A DNA stretch of 64,000 bases from Verrucomicrobiia bacterium (GTDB lineage: Bacteria > Verrucomicrobiota > Verrucomicrobiia > Limisphaerales > Palsa-1400): positions 1,419 to 65,418 of the forward strand of contig DATAXU010000026.1 in assembly GCA_036272955.1 (NCBI GenBank), written 5' to 3'. The notes under the pieces are model-generated. The model made no database searches. It was not told the origin of the DNA and worked only from the letters and a program-made list of their open reading frames with translations. Below, one piece after another: positions 56,312-64,000 of this stretch. The first letter of the stretch is position 1. Every line of letters begins with the position of its first letter. The translations under genes were made by a program, and so were the position numbers.

Positions 56312-56638
56312 TTACCGGCGATACCCGCCATGGTATCCACCACGGTATCCGCCGAATCCGCGACCGCCATACCCGTAATGCGGTCCCCATCCCCATCCGT
56401 ATCCGCCTCTAAAGCCGCCATAGAAATAAGGCACCGGCCGCGCAACCGGATAAGGATAAACGGGCGCCGGGTAGGCGTAGTAAGGAGCCGGCGTAACCGG
56501 CGCAACCGTCACGCCCACCGCAACTCGCCCTGGAAGCGGGGGTAAATACCACGGACGCGCCTCCGCGGACGACGTTCCAAGTGTCACCAAAGCGAGCGCC
56601 GCGGCGCCCGCGAGTATTGATTTCGTTAGTGTTTTCAT
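56312..56638 (-). CDS. Secreted Pro/Tyr- and Gly/Tyr/Arg-rich low-complexity mini-protein (hypothetical)
   Basis: The ATG ORF has a signal peptide MKTLTKSILAGAAALALVTLGTSSAEA. The mature ~80 aa has no Asp/Glu/Cys. An upstream-gene terminator at 56694-56726 implies the gene has its own promoter. Confidence 0.55.
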   Translation of the reverse strand: MKTLTKSILAGAAALALVTLGTSSAEARPWYLPPLPGRVAVGVTVAPVTPAPYYAYPAPVYPYPVARPVPYFYGGFRGGYGWGWGPHYGYGGRGFGGYRGGYHGGYRR

Positions 56639-56693
56639 ATCTTTTTAGCTTCCTTCCAACTTCCTATACGGAGCCTCCTTTCGAATCTTGCGC

Positions 56694-56726
56694 AAAAAAA
56701 ATCCCTTCGTGGATACCCGCGAAGGG
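56694..56726 (-). terminator. Rho-independent terminator downstream of the 56758-57378 gene
   Basis: The minus-strand RNA reads CCCUUCGCGG-GUAU-CCACGAAGGG (7 bp + mismatch + 2 bp, tetraloop) followed by A + U8 (the plus-strand A-run at 56694-56701). Confidence 0.8.
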
Positions 56727-56757
56727 ACGCTCGACTCTACTATTTCTCCTTTCTTGC

Positions 56758-57378
56758 TTACGACTGCGCCTGCGCAAATCTCCCTGCCCATGCGGAATCG
56801 CTAAACAGCAATCCGCATCCCACGCACAGGAATGCCGCCAGGCACAATGTCATCGGCGCAAATCCCACCAACGCCAGAACGCCCAAAACCATCCCCGTCA
56901 ACCCCGTGAGGAACTTAGTCCCGCCCGGAAAAGCCCAGCTTGCCAGGAACAACGATGTTCCCAGGACCAGCACAGCCGTGGGCAGTAACACGTTCATACT
57001 CAGGCCGATCAACGCCAGGATGCTCAACACAATGACCGCCACTCCCCCCATCGTCGTGCTGCCGATTGTTTCTGGCCCATACCGTCCGCTTTGCGAATAC
57101 CAGAGAGCCCTTGCGCTCCCTTCTGCCAGAAGCGCCGCTCCAGCCGCAATGCCCGCAATCGGCCCCAGAAAGGCGGGCGCGACACCAATCAAACCCACGA
57201 TTCCCAGAACTGCCGCTCCCAAACCAAAAAATGCCCCTGCCGAGCTGCCTCCAATGATTGTGGCATGCGCCGGTTCACTCGTCTTCGGTTTCGGAGCCTG
57301 CCCGACGCTCGGACTGCCAGACGGGCTGTATTCATGTTCCGTTTCACTCTCGTACATAATTCTATTTTGCGTTTGCAT
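56758..57378 (-). CDS. Hypothetical polytopic membrane protein with repeated Gly/Ala/Leu-rich TM segments
   Basis: 206 aa. It has a polar N-terminal ~45 aa, then 5-6 hydrophobic segments with the recurring motif L(G/S)(I/V)(L/V)(G/A)L(I/V)G(V/L/F)(A/S)P. It is followed by a strong intrinsic terminator. Confidence 0.6.
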   Translation of the reverse strand: MQTQNRIMYESETEHEYSPSGSPSVGQAPKPKTSEPAHATIIGGSSAGAFFGLGAAVLGIVGLIGVAPAFLGPIAGIAAGAALLAEGSARALWYSQSGRYGPETIGSTTMGGVAVIVLSILALIGLSMNVLLPTAVLVLGTSLFLASWAFPGGTKFLTGLTGMVLGVLALVGFAPMTLCLAAFLCVGCGLLFSDSAWAGRFAQAQS

Positions 57379-57540
57379 TACTACTCCTTTCAGGAGGTTT
57401 CCCCCCTCTGTAACAACCTAGTCCTCCCCCTCCCTGGGGCAATTGGTAATAGTGCCTTGTTTTCCCCCGGCGAATTCCCCGAACCCCCCACCCGCTGTTT
57501 AGCGTTGGTTTTGAACGATCCCCGGAGCATTATTGTCGTT

Positions 57541-58551
57541 GTGACCGTGACCGAGGCCAACGATCGAACATTCACTGAGAAGCTCGTTCTCAGGGCGTTG
57601 ATCATTTCTCTCGTGATCCATTTCGTCGCGTTTTTCACGTATAAAATCGGCCAATCCCAGGGATGGTGGACGAATTGGGCCATGCCACGTTGGATGCAAG
57701 CCTTTACGCGCGTGTTGACGCCGGCAATTCCAAAAAAACTCGCCGCCGCCACGCGCGATCAAATCCCTTTGGTATTCATGGAAACGGATCCCGCGGACGC
57801 CGTCCCGAAAGCCCCGCCAAAAACAAAATTTGAAGGCGCCCACAACACAATCGCCGCGAACGCAAAAATCGTAAAGCCTTCGGACATCCCGAATATTACC
57901 GGAAAGCAAACCAAGGTCCTCAAAACCACGGCAAACGCCAAACCCAAGGCCCCGCCCGCGCATCCCGCCGTTCAGCCCCATCAGCAAACGGCCGCCCCTG
58001 TCGCGCCTCCGCAAAAAACCTACATTCCCGGCGATCTCGCTTCAATGCGCCCAATCCCGAAGCCGCAGCCCCAGACGCAGGAAACCGACAACACGTCCGA
58101 TTCCGAGACCCCCGCGCAGTCGCAACCCCGTCGTCCCCGCACTCTTTCCGACGCCCATGAACATGCCGGCACCCTCGGCGAGACGGCGAATTTGACCGGA
58201 GGCGTCGCAAACATGAAGCTCACCGGCTCTTCATTGGACGTCAAAAGCTCGGCGGTCGGCAATTATGAGGAAACGATGGTCGATGCCATCAAACAACAGT
58301 GGTATCAATCCCTGGACAACATTCCCTGGAACGCCTCAGGAAAAGTCGTTGTCAGCTTCAAATTATATCCCGACGGCCACGTGGACAAAGTGAACATCGC
58401 CCAAAACGAAGTGACAGACGAGTTGGCCACCTTTTGCGCCGAGGCCATTATCAAGCCGTCTCCTTTCGGGGCGTGGCCCCGCGAAATGCGCTTGGACATC
58501 CCCGCCGACTTTCTGGAACTTCAATTTACTTTTTATTACGACGTGGAATGA
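57541..58551 (+). CDS. TonB-like energy transducer
   Basis: TM anchor LVLRALIISLVIHFVAFF, a Pro/Lys/Gln-rich spacer (KPKAPPAHPAVQPHQQTAAPVAPPQ...PIPKPQPQTQ) and a C-terminal TonB-C-like domain (GKVVVSFKLYPDGHVDKVNIAQNE...). It lies directly upstream of exbB/exbD. The start is uncertain: GTG 57541 was chosen, and TTG 57505/57511 are possible. The track ORF start 57091 overlaps the divergent gene. Confidence 0.6.
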   Translation: MTVTEANDRTFTEKLVLRALIISLVIHFVAFFTYKIGQSQGWWTNWAMPRWMQAFTRVLTPAIPKKLAAATRDQIPLVFMETDPADAVPKAPPKTKFEGAHNTIAANAKIVKPSDIPNITGKQTKVLKTTANAKPKAPPAHPAVQPHQQTAAPVAPPQKTYIPGDLASMRPIPKPQPQTQETDNTSDSETPAQSQPRRPRTLSDAHEHAGTLGETANLTGGVANMKLTGSSLDVKSSAVGNYEETMVDAIKQQWYQSLDNIPWNASGKVVVSFKLYPDGHVDKVNIAQNEVTDELATFCAEAIIKPSPFGAWPREMRLDIPADFLELQFTFYYDVE

Positions 58552-58580
58552 AGTAACCTGCCATCGCAAGAGAATCGAAC

Positions 58581-59210
58581 ATGGAAACTTTCATCATCTG
58601 CGTATTATTGTCAGCCTCCATCATCGGGTTGACGTTTATCATTGAGCGCGGCCTGGCCTTGCGCGTTACAAAGATTATTCCCTCCGCCGTGGTCGGCGCC
58701 CTCGAAATGTGCCGGACGGATGACGACCTGCCAATGCTCCGGCGCATCTGCCAGCAAAATCCTTCGCCGTTGAGCCGCCTTCTACTGCTCGCGGACAGAC
58801 ACCGCCAATGGCCCCGGGCCGAGAATTCCAGCGCATTGGAAACCAGCGCCCGCCGTGAGGTATCCCGTCTCGAACGCGGCCTGGTCGTGCTGGAAATCGT
58901 CGTCGGCATCGCGCCTCTGCTCGGCCTGGTCGGCACGATATACGGGTTGATCGAGCTTTTCGCCACCCTCGGCGCCTCCGGCCTTAACGACAATAGTGCC
59001 CTTGCTCACGGGATTTCCATCGCGCTGATCTCAACTTTGCTCGGATTGCTCACCGCGATCCCTTCGCTCATCGCATGGAGTTATTACAACAAGAAGGTGG
59101 AAAACCACGCGATCGAAATGGCCGCGTTGTGCGATAACTTTTTGCGCCAGCTTTATCACGGCGACGAAACTCCCGAGGCCTCCGACACGCTCGTCCGGCG
59201 CACCACCTGA
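58581..59210 (+). CDS. exbB: MotA/TolQ/ExbB proton-channel protein
   Basis: 209 aa and three TM segments. IAPLLGLVGTIYGLIELF and GISIALISTLLGLLTAIPSLIAWSYY are typical ExbB/TolQ motifs. Confidence 0.88.
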   Translation: METFIICVLLSASIIGLTFIIERGLALRVTKIIPSAVVGALEMCRTDDDLPMLRRICQQNPSPLSRLLLLADRHRQWPRAENSSALETSARREVSRLERGLVVLEIVVGIAPLLGLVGTIYGLIELFATLGASGLNDNSALAHGISIALISTLLGLLTAIPSLIAWSYYNKKVENHAIEMAALCDNFLRQLYHGDETPEASDTLVRRTT

Positions 59211-59215
59211 CCGCC

Positions 59216-59629
59216 ATGCAATTCACCACCCAAAAGCGCCGTCAGGCCCCCAATGTCATCATCGTTTCGTTGATCGATGTCCTCATCGTCGTCCTCATTT
59301 TTTTGATGGTCACCACGACCTTCAAGCTGCAGCCGTCTGTCAAAATAACTTTGCCCGAGTCAAAACACGCCAAAGCCGGGGCAACTCAAAACGTGCGCGT
59401 CGTCTCCATTTCCAGGAATGGTCCCTTGTATTTGGACAAGGACCCGGTGACATTGGCGAAGCTCCAGGAAAAATTGGTCGAAGCGGTCCGCGACAATCCC
59501 AACATCTCGCTCGCCATCGACGCCGATACGAACGCTCCCTGGGGCGAGGTGATGAACGTGCGCGACGCCGCCCAAACCGCGAATATCAAAGTGGTCAGCG
59601 CCTACGTCAAATCCAGCCAAAGCCCCTGA
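59216..59629 (+). CDS. exbD: ExbD/TolR biopolymer transport protein
   Basis: 137 aa. The N-terminal anchor is IIVSLIDVLIVVLIFLMV, followed by a periplasmic domain (ITLPES...VVSISRNGPLYLD...ISLAIDADTNAPWGEVMNVRDAA). Confidence 0.88.
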   Translation: MQFTTQKRRQAPNVIIVSLIDVLIVVLIFLMVTTTFKLQPSVKITLPESKHAKAGATQNVRVVSISRNGPLYLDKDPVTLAKLQEKLVEAVRDNPNISLAIDADTNAPWGEVMNVRDAAQTANIKVVSAYVKSSQSP

Positions 59630-59636
59630 ACTGCTG

Positions 59637-60644
59637 TTACAGCTTGAGCAATTCCTCCGCGATCTGCACCGCATTGAGCGCCGCGCCCTTGAGCAATTGG
59701 TCCCCGGCCACCCAGAAACAAAGTCCGTTGTCGAACGCGCTGTCTTTCCGCAATCGTCCCACCTGGCAATTATATTTTTCAGTGGCGTATAAGGGCAGGG
59801 GATATTCTTTCTTCTCGGGATTATCGACAACGTCCAGTCCGGGCGCCTTTTTGAGGACCTCCAGCGCCGCGCCCACCGTCACCGGCTTGTCAAATTCCGC
59901 GCTTACCGCGACCGAGTGCGCCCGGTAAACCGGCACGCGCGCGCACGTCACGCTGGCGCGAAAGTTCGGATGATGCATGATTTTGCGCCCCTCGTTTTCC
60001 ATCTTCGCTTCTTCCTTCGTGTAGCCGTTGGGAAGAAAAACATCCACATGCGGCAGCACGTTGAACGCGATTTGATGCGGGTAAACTTCCCGCGTGACCG
60101 GTTCCTGCGCGACCGTTTGTTCCACCTGCCGTTTCAATTCCTCCACCGCCTTCGCCCCAGTGCCGGAAACCGCCTGATAACTGGAGGCGAAAATTCTTTT
60201 GACTCCAAACGCGTGATGCAACGGATACAGCGCCATCAAAGTGATCGCGGTCGTGCAATTGGGATTGGCGATGATCCCCTTGTGTTTGCGCAGGTCGCCC
60301 GCGTTGATTTCAGGAATGACCAGCGGCACGTCCTCGTCCATGCGGAACGCGCTCGAATTGTCGATCACCACGCAGCCGGCTTTCGCCGCCACCGGCGCGA
60401 ATTCCTTCGAGATGCTTCCGCCCGCGCTGAACAACGCAATGTCGATCCCTTTGAAGGAATCTTTCGTCAATTCCTGCACGGTGATCTCTTCGCCGCGCCA
60501 CGTCATTTTCTTGCCGGCGGACCTCGCCGACGCGAGCAACGTCAGTTTGCCCACCGGAAAATTCCGCTTCTCCAGCGTTTTGATCATTTCAACGCCGACC
60601 GCGCCTGTCGCGCCGACGATGGCCACATGGGGTTTTGCGTTCAT
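59637..60644 (-). CDS. asd: Aspartate-semialdehyde dehydrogenase
   Basis: VAIVGATGAVG Rossmann motif, active-site IIANPNCTT, and about 335 aa. I prefer the ATG at 60644 (MNAKPHVAIVG) over the TTG at 60659 used by the ORF track. Confidence 0.93.
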   Translation of the reverse strand: MNAKPHVAIVGATGAVGVEMIKTLEKRNFPVGKLTLLASARSAGKKMTWRGEEITVQELTKDSFKGIDIALFSAGGSISKEFAPVAAKAGCVVIDNSSAFRMDEDVPLVIPEINAGDLRKHKGIIANPNCTTAITLMALYPLHHAFGVKRIFASSYQAVSGTGAKAVEELKRQVEQTVAQEPVTREVYPHQIAFNVLPHVDVFLPNGYTKEEAKMENEGRKIMHHPNFRASVTCARVPVYRAHSVAVSAEFDKPVTVGAALEVLKKAPGLDVVDNPEKKEYPLPLYATEKYNCQVGRLRKDSAFDNGLCFWVAGDQLLKGAALNAVQIAEELLKL

Positions 60645-60681
60645 AAAAAGGGATTCCAATATAATGCGTCAGACCGCCCTG

Positions 60682-61899
60682 TCAAACCGCGTGCCGAACC
60701 GTTTCCGCCGTGTGTTTACTCTCTCGCGTCTTGGTGTGAGAATGATGAGGCGAAGCCTCGCGCAATCGGGCAATGACTTCCGGCAGATGGCTCAAAACGT
60801 AATCGACTTCCCCCTCGGTGTTGTAAATGCCAAGGCTGAACCGCACGCAGCCTTTCGCCCGCGCTGGCTTGATGCCCATCGCTGTCAATACATGAGAAGG
60901 ATGAAGCGAACCCGTCGTGCATGCCGAACCGCTGGAAGCGCAAATCCCCAATTGGTCCAGCGCCATCAGAATTCCTTCAGCTTCGACAGACTCGAACGCG
61001 ATATTGCTCGTGTTCGGCAGCCGCGGTTCCTTGGTGCCGATTCGGATTGTGTTCGGAATGCCCCCCAATATGGAGTTCTCCAGCCGGTCCCGCAACGCCC
61101 GCACCCGCGTATTCTCATCGTGCAAATGCGCGACCGCCAATTCCGCCGCGCGCCCAAACCCGACAACGCTCGCCACATTTTCCGTTCCGCCGCGCCTGCC
61201 ATGTTCCTGCGGCCCGCCAATGATGTAAGGTTGAAATTTCGCGCGCCGCTTGACGTACAACATCCCAATCCCCTTCGGCGCATGAAGCTTGTGCGCGGAC
61301 AACGACAGGTAATCCAGGCCAATGCCTCGAACGTCCATCTTGAGCTTTCCCGGAACCTGGGTCGCATCCGTATGAAAGGGGACGTTCCTGCTGTGGCAAA
61401 TGGCGGCAATCTCATCGACGGGAAAAATCATGCCCGTCTCATTATTCGCCCACATGATCGAAACAATGGCCGTGTCGTGGCGAATGGACTGGTCAAGCAG
61501 GTGCAAGTCCAGCATCCCGTCCGCATCGACCTGAAGGAACGTCACTTCGACGCCCCGTTTTTGCAGGACCTCGCAATGCTTGATAATGCCGGAATGTTCC
61601 ACGGACGACGTGACGATGTGGCGTTTTCCCGGCTGCGCCGCCAGCGCGCTTTCAAGAACGGCGTTATTGCTTTCCGTCCCGCAGCTTGTAAAGACGATTT
61701 CCTTCGGCTCGGCGTCAATGAGGGCCGCGACTTTCTCGCGGGCGCGTTCAATTTCGCCCGCAACGTAAGTGCCAAAACTATATGCGCTGGACGGATTGCC
61801 CCAAAAATCGCGAAGAAACGGCAGCATCGCTTCAATGACTTCCGGCGCGACGCGGGTCGTGGCGTTATTGTCAAAATAGTATGTTGGGCAGTCGTTCAT
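60682..61899 (-). CDS. nifS: Cysteine desulfurase, NifS-type (class V aminotransferase)
   Basis: YFDNNATTRVAPEV..., PLP-lysine region SLSAHKLHAPKGIG, and catalytic Cys loop SSGSACTTGS. Confidence 0.88.
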   Translation of the reverse strand: MNDCPTYYFDNNATTRVAPEVIEAMLPFLRDFWGNPSSAYSFGTYVAGEIERAREKVAALIDAEPKEIVFTSCGTESNNAVLESALAAQPGKRHIVTSSVEHSGIIKHCEVLQKRGVEVTFLQVDADGMLDLHLLDQSIRHDTAIVSIMWANNETGMIFPVDEIAAICHSRNVPFHTDATQVPGKLKMDVRGIGLDYLSLSAHKLHAPKGIGMLYVKRRAKFQPYIIGGPQEHGRRGGTENVASVVGFGRAAELAVAHLHDENTRVRALRDRLENSILGGIPNTIRIGTKEPRLPNTSNIAFESVEAEGILMALDQLGICASSGSACTTGSLHPSHVLTAMGIKPARAKGCVRFSLGIYNTEGEVDYVLSHLPEVIARLREASPHHSHTKTRESKHTAETVRHAV

Positions 61900-61962
61900 C
61901 CAGCGATGTCAGTTTAAACATTCGCCCGGAATCCGCAAGCTTGGCGGGGGCAGGGGAGGGTT

Positions 61963-63183
61963 TCAATCCACCGTCAGCAGCGCCACCGAATCGTCGTCCT
62001 CGACGAATACCCGGTTGCCCGAAACCACCGGTTGCGGGTAGGTCGGTTTGTCCGCGACTTTAATATTGGCCAAAAGGCTGAATTCCTTGTCGCTCGGCTG
62101 GAAAACAATCAAGTGCGATTTGGGCGTCAGTGCAATCAGCACCGAACCGGCGTCCACAATCGAACCAAAATTCCCGCGCGCCCCCTCCGCCTCCGTCCAC
62201 GCGGTTTTTCCCGTTTTGGCGTCGATGCAATAAAACTTCCCCTTCTCGGAAAGGCCGTAGAGAAAACCGTCCTTGAGCACAGGCGTGCAAAATCGCGGCG
62301 AAACATCCGTGTTGGTCCACAGCCCCGTGGCCGTGAACGCGCCGTCCTGTTCGTTCAGCTTGATGGCCGTCGTCCCGCGCCCCTGGCCCGTGTAAATAAT
62401 AGTTTGACCATCGACAATCGGCGTGTCGAAATTTCCCGCCCCCATCCCGTGCCCCACGTACGGTGTTTCCCAAGCCAGTTTGCCGTCCGCCAGGACAAGC
62501 GCGATGACGCTTTTGTCCGTTTGCGTCACAATAAGTTTCGTGCCACCGACCGTCATCTCCACAGGCGACGCATACGCCGCCCCTTCGCCGGTCCATTTCC
62601 ACTTTTCACCGCCACTGGCAAGGTCGTACGCGACGACCGCGCCGTTGGTCTTTCCCCCCAATTGCACGATGCACATGCCATCGACAAGCAGGGGCGACGT
62701 CGCCGTGAAAAACCCCGGCCATCCGTGAATATCGTCCTTGCGCCAGATCAGATTTCCTGAAGCCGCGTCCAGACAGGAAAGCGTCCCGCGCGCGCCCAGC
62801 GTAACAACCTTTCCGTCCGCAACCGCCGGCGAACTGCGCGGCCCGGGATGGCTGCCCGCCGGCCCCGTGGCCGGCAAAGCCTCATATCGATTGCTCCAAA
62901 CAACCGTGCCGTTCGCGGCATTGAGGCATTGGATCTCCTCGTAATCATCCTGGCGGGAAAAGACGTAAAGGTTGTCGCCGACAAGCGCCGGTGTGGCGTC
63001 GCTCTGGCCCACGATCACTTTCCACTTCTGGTCCAGTTGTTGCGGCCATGTTTTCGGTGCAACAAAACCGGGAACCCGGTCGTCCCGATTCGGCCCGCGC
63101 CATTGCGGCCAATCCTGGGCCTGGGCCTGCATTTGCAACACCGAGACCGCGCCGATAACAATGAAAGTCAAAGGCAGTCTCAT
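61963..63183 (-). CDS. Secreted PQQ-like / BamB-like beta-propeller repeat protein
   Basis: The ATG at 63183 gives the signal peptide MRLPLTFIVIGAVSVLQMQAQA followed by DWPQWRGPNRD, a frequent N-terminus of PQQ-like propeller proteins. Repeated ...G.l.ald..tGk..W... blades follow. Confidence 0.7.
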   Translation of the reverse strand: MRLPLTFIVIGAVSVLQMQAQAQDWPQWRGPNRDDRVPGFVAPKTWPQQLDQKWKVIVGQSDATPALVGDNLYVFSRQDDYEEIQCLNAANGTVVWSNRYEALPATGPAGSHPGPRSSPAVADGKVVTLGARGTLSCLDAASGNLIWRKDDIHGWPGFFTATSPLLVDGMCIVQLGGKTNGAVVAYDLASGGEKWKWTGEGAAYASPVEMTVGGTKLIVTQTDKSVIALVLADGKLAWETPYVGHGMGAGNFDTPIVDGQTIIYTGQGRGTTAIKLNEQDGAFTATGLWTNTDVSPRFCTPVLKDGFLYGLSEKGKFYCIDAKTGKTAWTEAEGARGNFGSIVDAGSVLIALTPKSHLIVFQPSDKEFSLLANIKVADKPTYPQPVVSGNRVFVEDDDSVALLTVD

Positions 63184-63205
63184 AGTGTTGGGTCTCCGCC
63201 GAAGT

Positions 63206-64000
63206 TTACGCCGCAACAGGAGCGGCGGCTTGGACGGCGCGCGAGGCCGCCAAATCGACCTTCCGCTGCCGCAGGCTCTTGAAAAACTCGTAACCTTCGC
63301 GGCAACGCCGGACAAAAATGTTCTTGTCCTCAAGCATCGTTTTGATGATCCGCAAAATCGGCTTCGGCCGCAGATAATAAGCCCGATAAAACCGGTCCAC
63401 CGCCTCGAATATCTCGTCTTTGTTCAAACCCGGATACTCCAGCGAGCTTTGTTGAAAACCGTCGTTATGCACGATGTCCGTCTTGTCTTTGTTCGCGAAC
63501 CATCCGTTTTGCCGCGCCATTTCATACAGTTCGGTGCCCGGATATGGCGCCGCCAGCGAAACCTGAATGCTGAAAACGTCCAGGTCCATCGCGTAACGAA
63601 TGGTTTGTTCGATGGTTTCCTTCGTCTCCACCGGCAGCCCAAGGATGAATGTCCCGTGAATCACCACGCCGGCTTTCTGGCACGCCTTCGTGAATCGCCG
63701 CGCTTCCTCCAATTGAATTCCCTTTTTAATCCGGTTGAGGATTTCCTGGTTCCCGCTCTCGTAACCCACCAGAAAAAGCCGCAGCCCGGAATCCTTGAAG
63801 GATTTAACCGTGTCATAATCCAAATTCGCCCGGCTGTTGCACGACCACGTCAAACCCAAGGGCGCCAGTTTCTTGGCGATTTCCCGCGCGCGCGGCAAGT
63901 TCGCCGTGAACGTGTCGTCGTCAAAGAAAAACTCCTGCACCTGCGGAAAAAGTTTTTTCGCATGTGCCATTTCCCCCGCCACATTCTCAGGCGAGCGCAC
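63206..64000 (-). CDS. hpnJ: B12-binding radical SAM protein, HpnJ-like (hopanoid-associated); 5'-truncated by the window edge
   Basis: The C-terminal 264 aa (RSPENVAGEM..FPQVQEFFFDDDTFT...LTWSCNSRANL...GLRLFLVGYESGNQEILNRIKKG...IHGTFILGLPVETKETIEQTIRYA...IQVSLAAPYPGTELY) is colinear with HpnJ as I remember it. The ORF is open to position 64000. Confidence 0.7.
   Translation of the reverse strand: MRSPENVAGEMAHAKKLFPQVQEFFFDDDTFTANLPRAREIAKKLAPLGLTWSCNSRANLDYDTVKSFKDSGLRLFLVGYESGNQEILNRIKKGIQLEEARRFTKACQKAGVVIHGTFILGLPVETKETIEQTIRYAMDLDVFSIQVSLAAPYPGTELYEMARQNGWFANKDKTDIVHNDGFQQSSLEYPGLNKDEIFEAVDRFYRAYYLRPKPILRIIKTMLEDKNIFVRRCREGYEFFKSLRQRKVDLAASRAVQAAAPVAA

Overview
GC-rich, densely coding chromosomal window with about 48 supportable CDS. 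I found no rRNA, tRNA, CRISPR array, transposase or integrase by eye. All homology calls come from reading the supplied translations against remembered family motifs; no database search was run. The gene content suggests the PVC superphylum (Verrucomicrobiota- or Planctomycetota-like). The signs are a DUF1559 / H-X9-DG prepilin-like protein, many hybrid sensor kinases, an HpnJ-like radical SAM protein, weak Shine-Dalgarno usage and frequent 4-nt stop/start overlaps. This placement is inference only. Housekeeping genes are ileS, eno, asd, nth, dprA, a nifS-like desulfurase, an IHF/HU protein, an amino-acid ABC transporter and tonB-exbB-exbD. Envelope and glycan genes are a 2860-aa cyclic beta-1,2-glucan synthase, a GH29 fucosidase, a tyvelose-epimerase-like SDR, a GT10-like transferase, a YfhO-like membrane protein, a PLD-type lipoprotein and DedA. 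Three loci are the most interesting. (1) At 15095-22256, a tightly coupled operon encodes a circularly permuted ATP-grasp protein, an alpha-E protein, an embedded PFK-family kinase and a giant transglutaminase/DUF2126 amidoligase; its product is unknown. (2) Divergent from it, at 10507-14883, is a reduced ebo-like locus (TatD/EboB-like, EboE, UbiA/EboC-like), interrupted by an AT-richer 750-bp island that carries competing micro-ORFs and a long inverted repeat. (3) At 32591-34536, an ArdC-like ssDNA-binding/metalloprotease protein is translationally coupled to a MASE1 hybrid kinase, followed by a minimal nucleotidyltransferase, directly beside dprA. Smaller oddities are a 10-bp-phased AATCAAG array at the 3' end of the glucan synthase gene, a secreted acid-free Gly/Tyr/Arg-rich mini-protein, an SDR whose catalytic Tyr appears replaced by Phe, and a tandem-Hpt phosphorelay. 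The many long ORFs antisense to real genes are explained as in-register artefacts and rejected.
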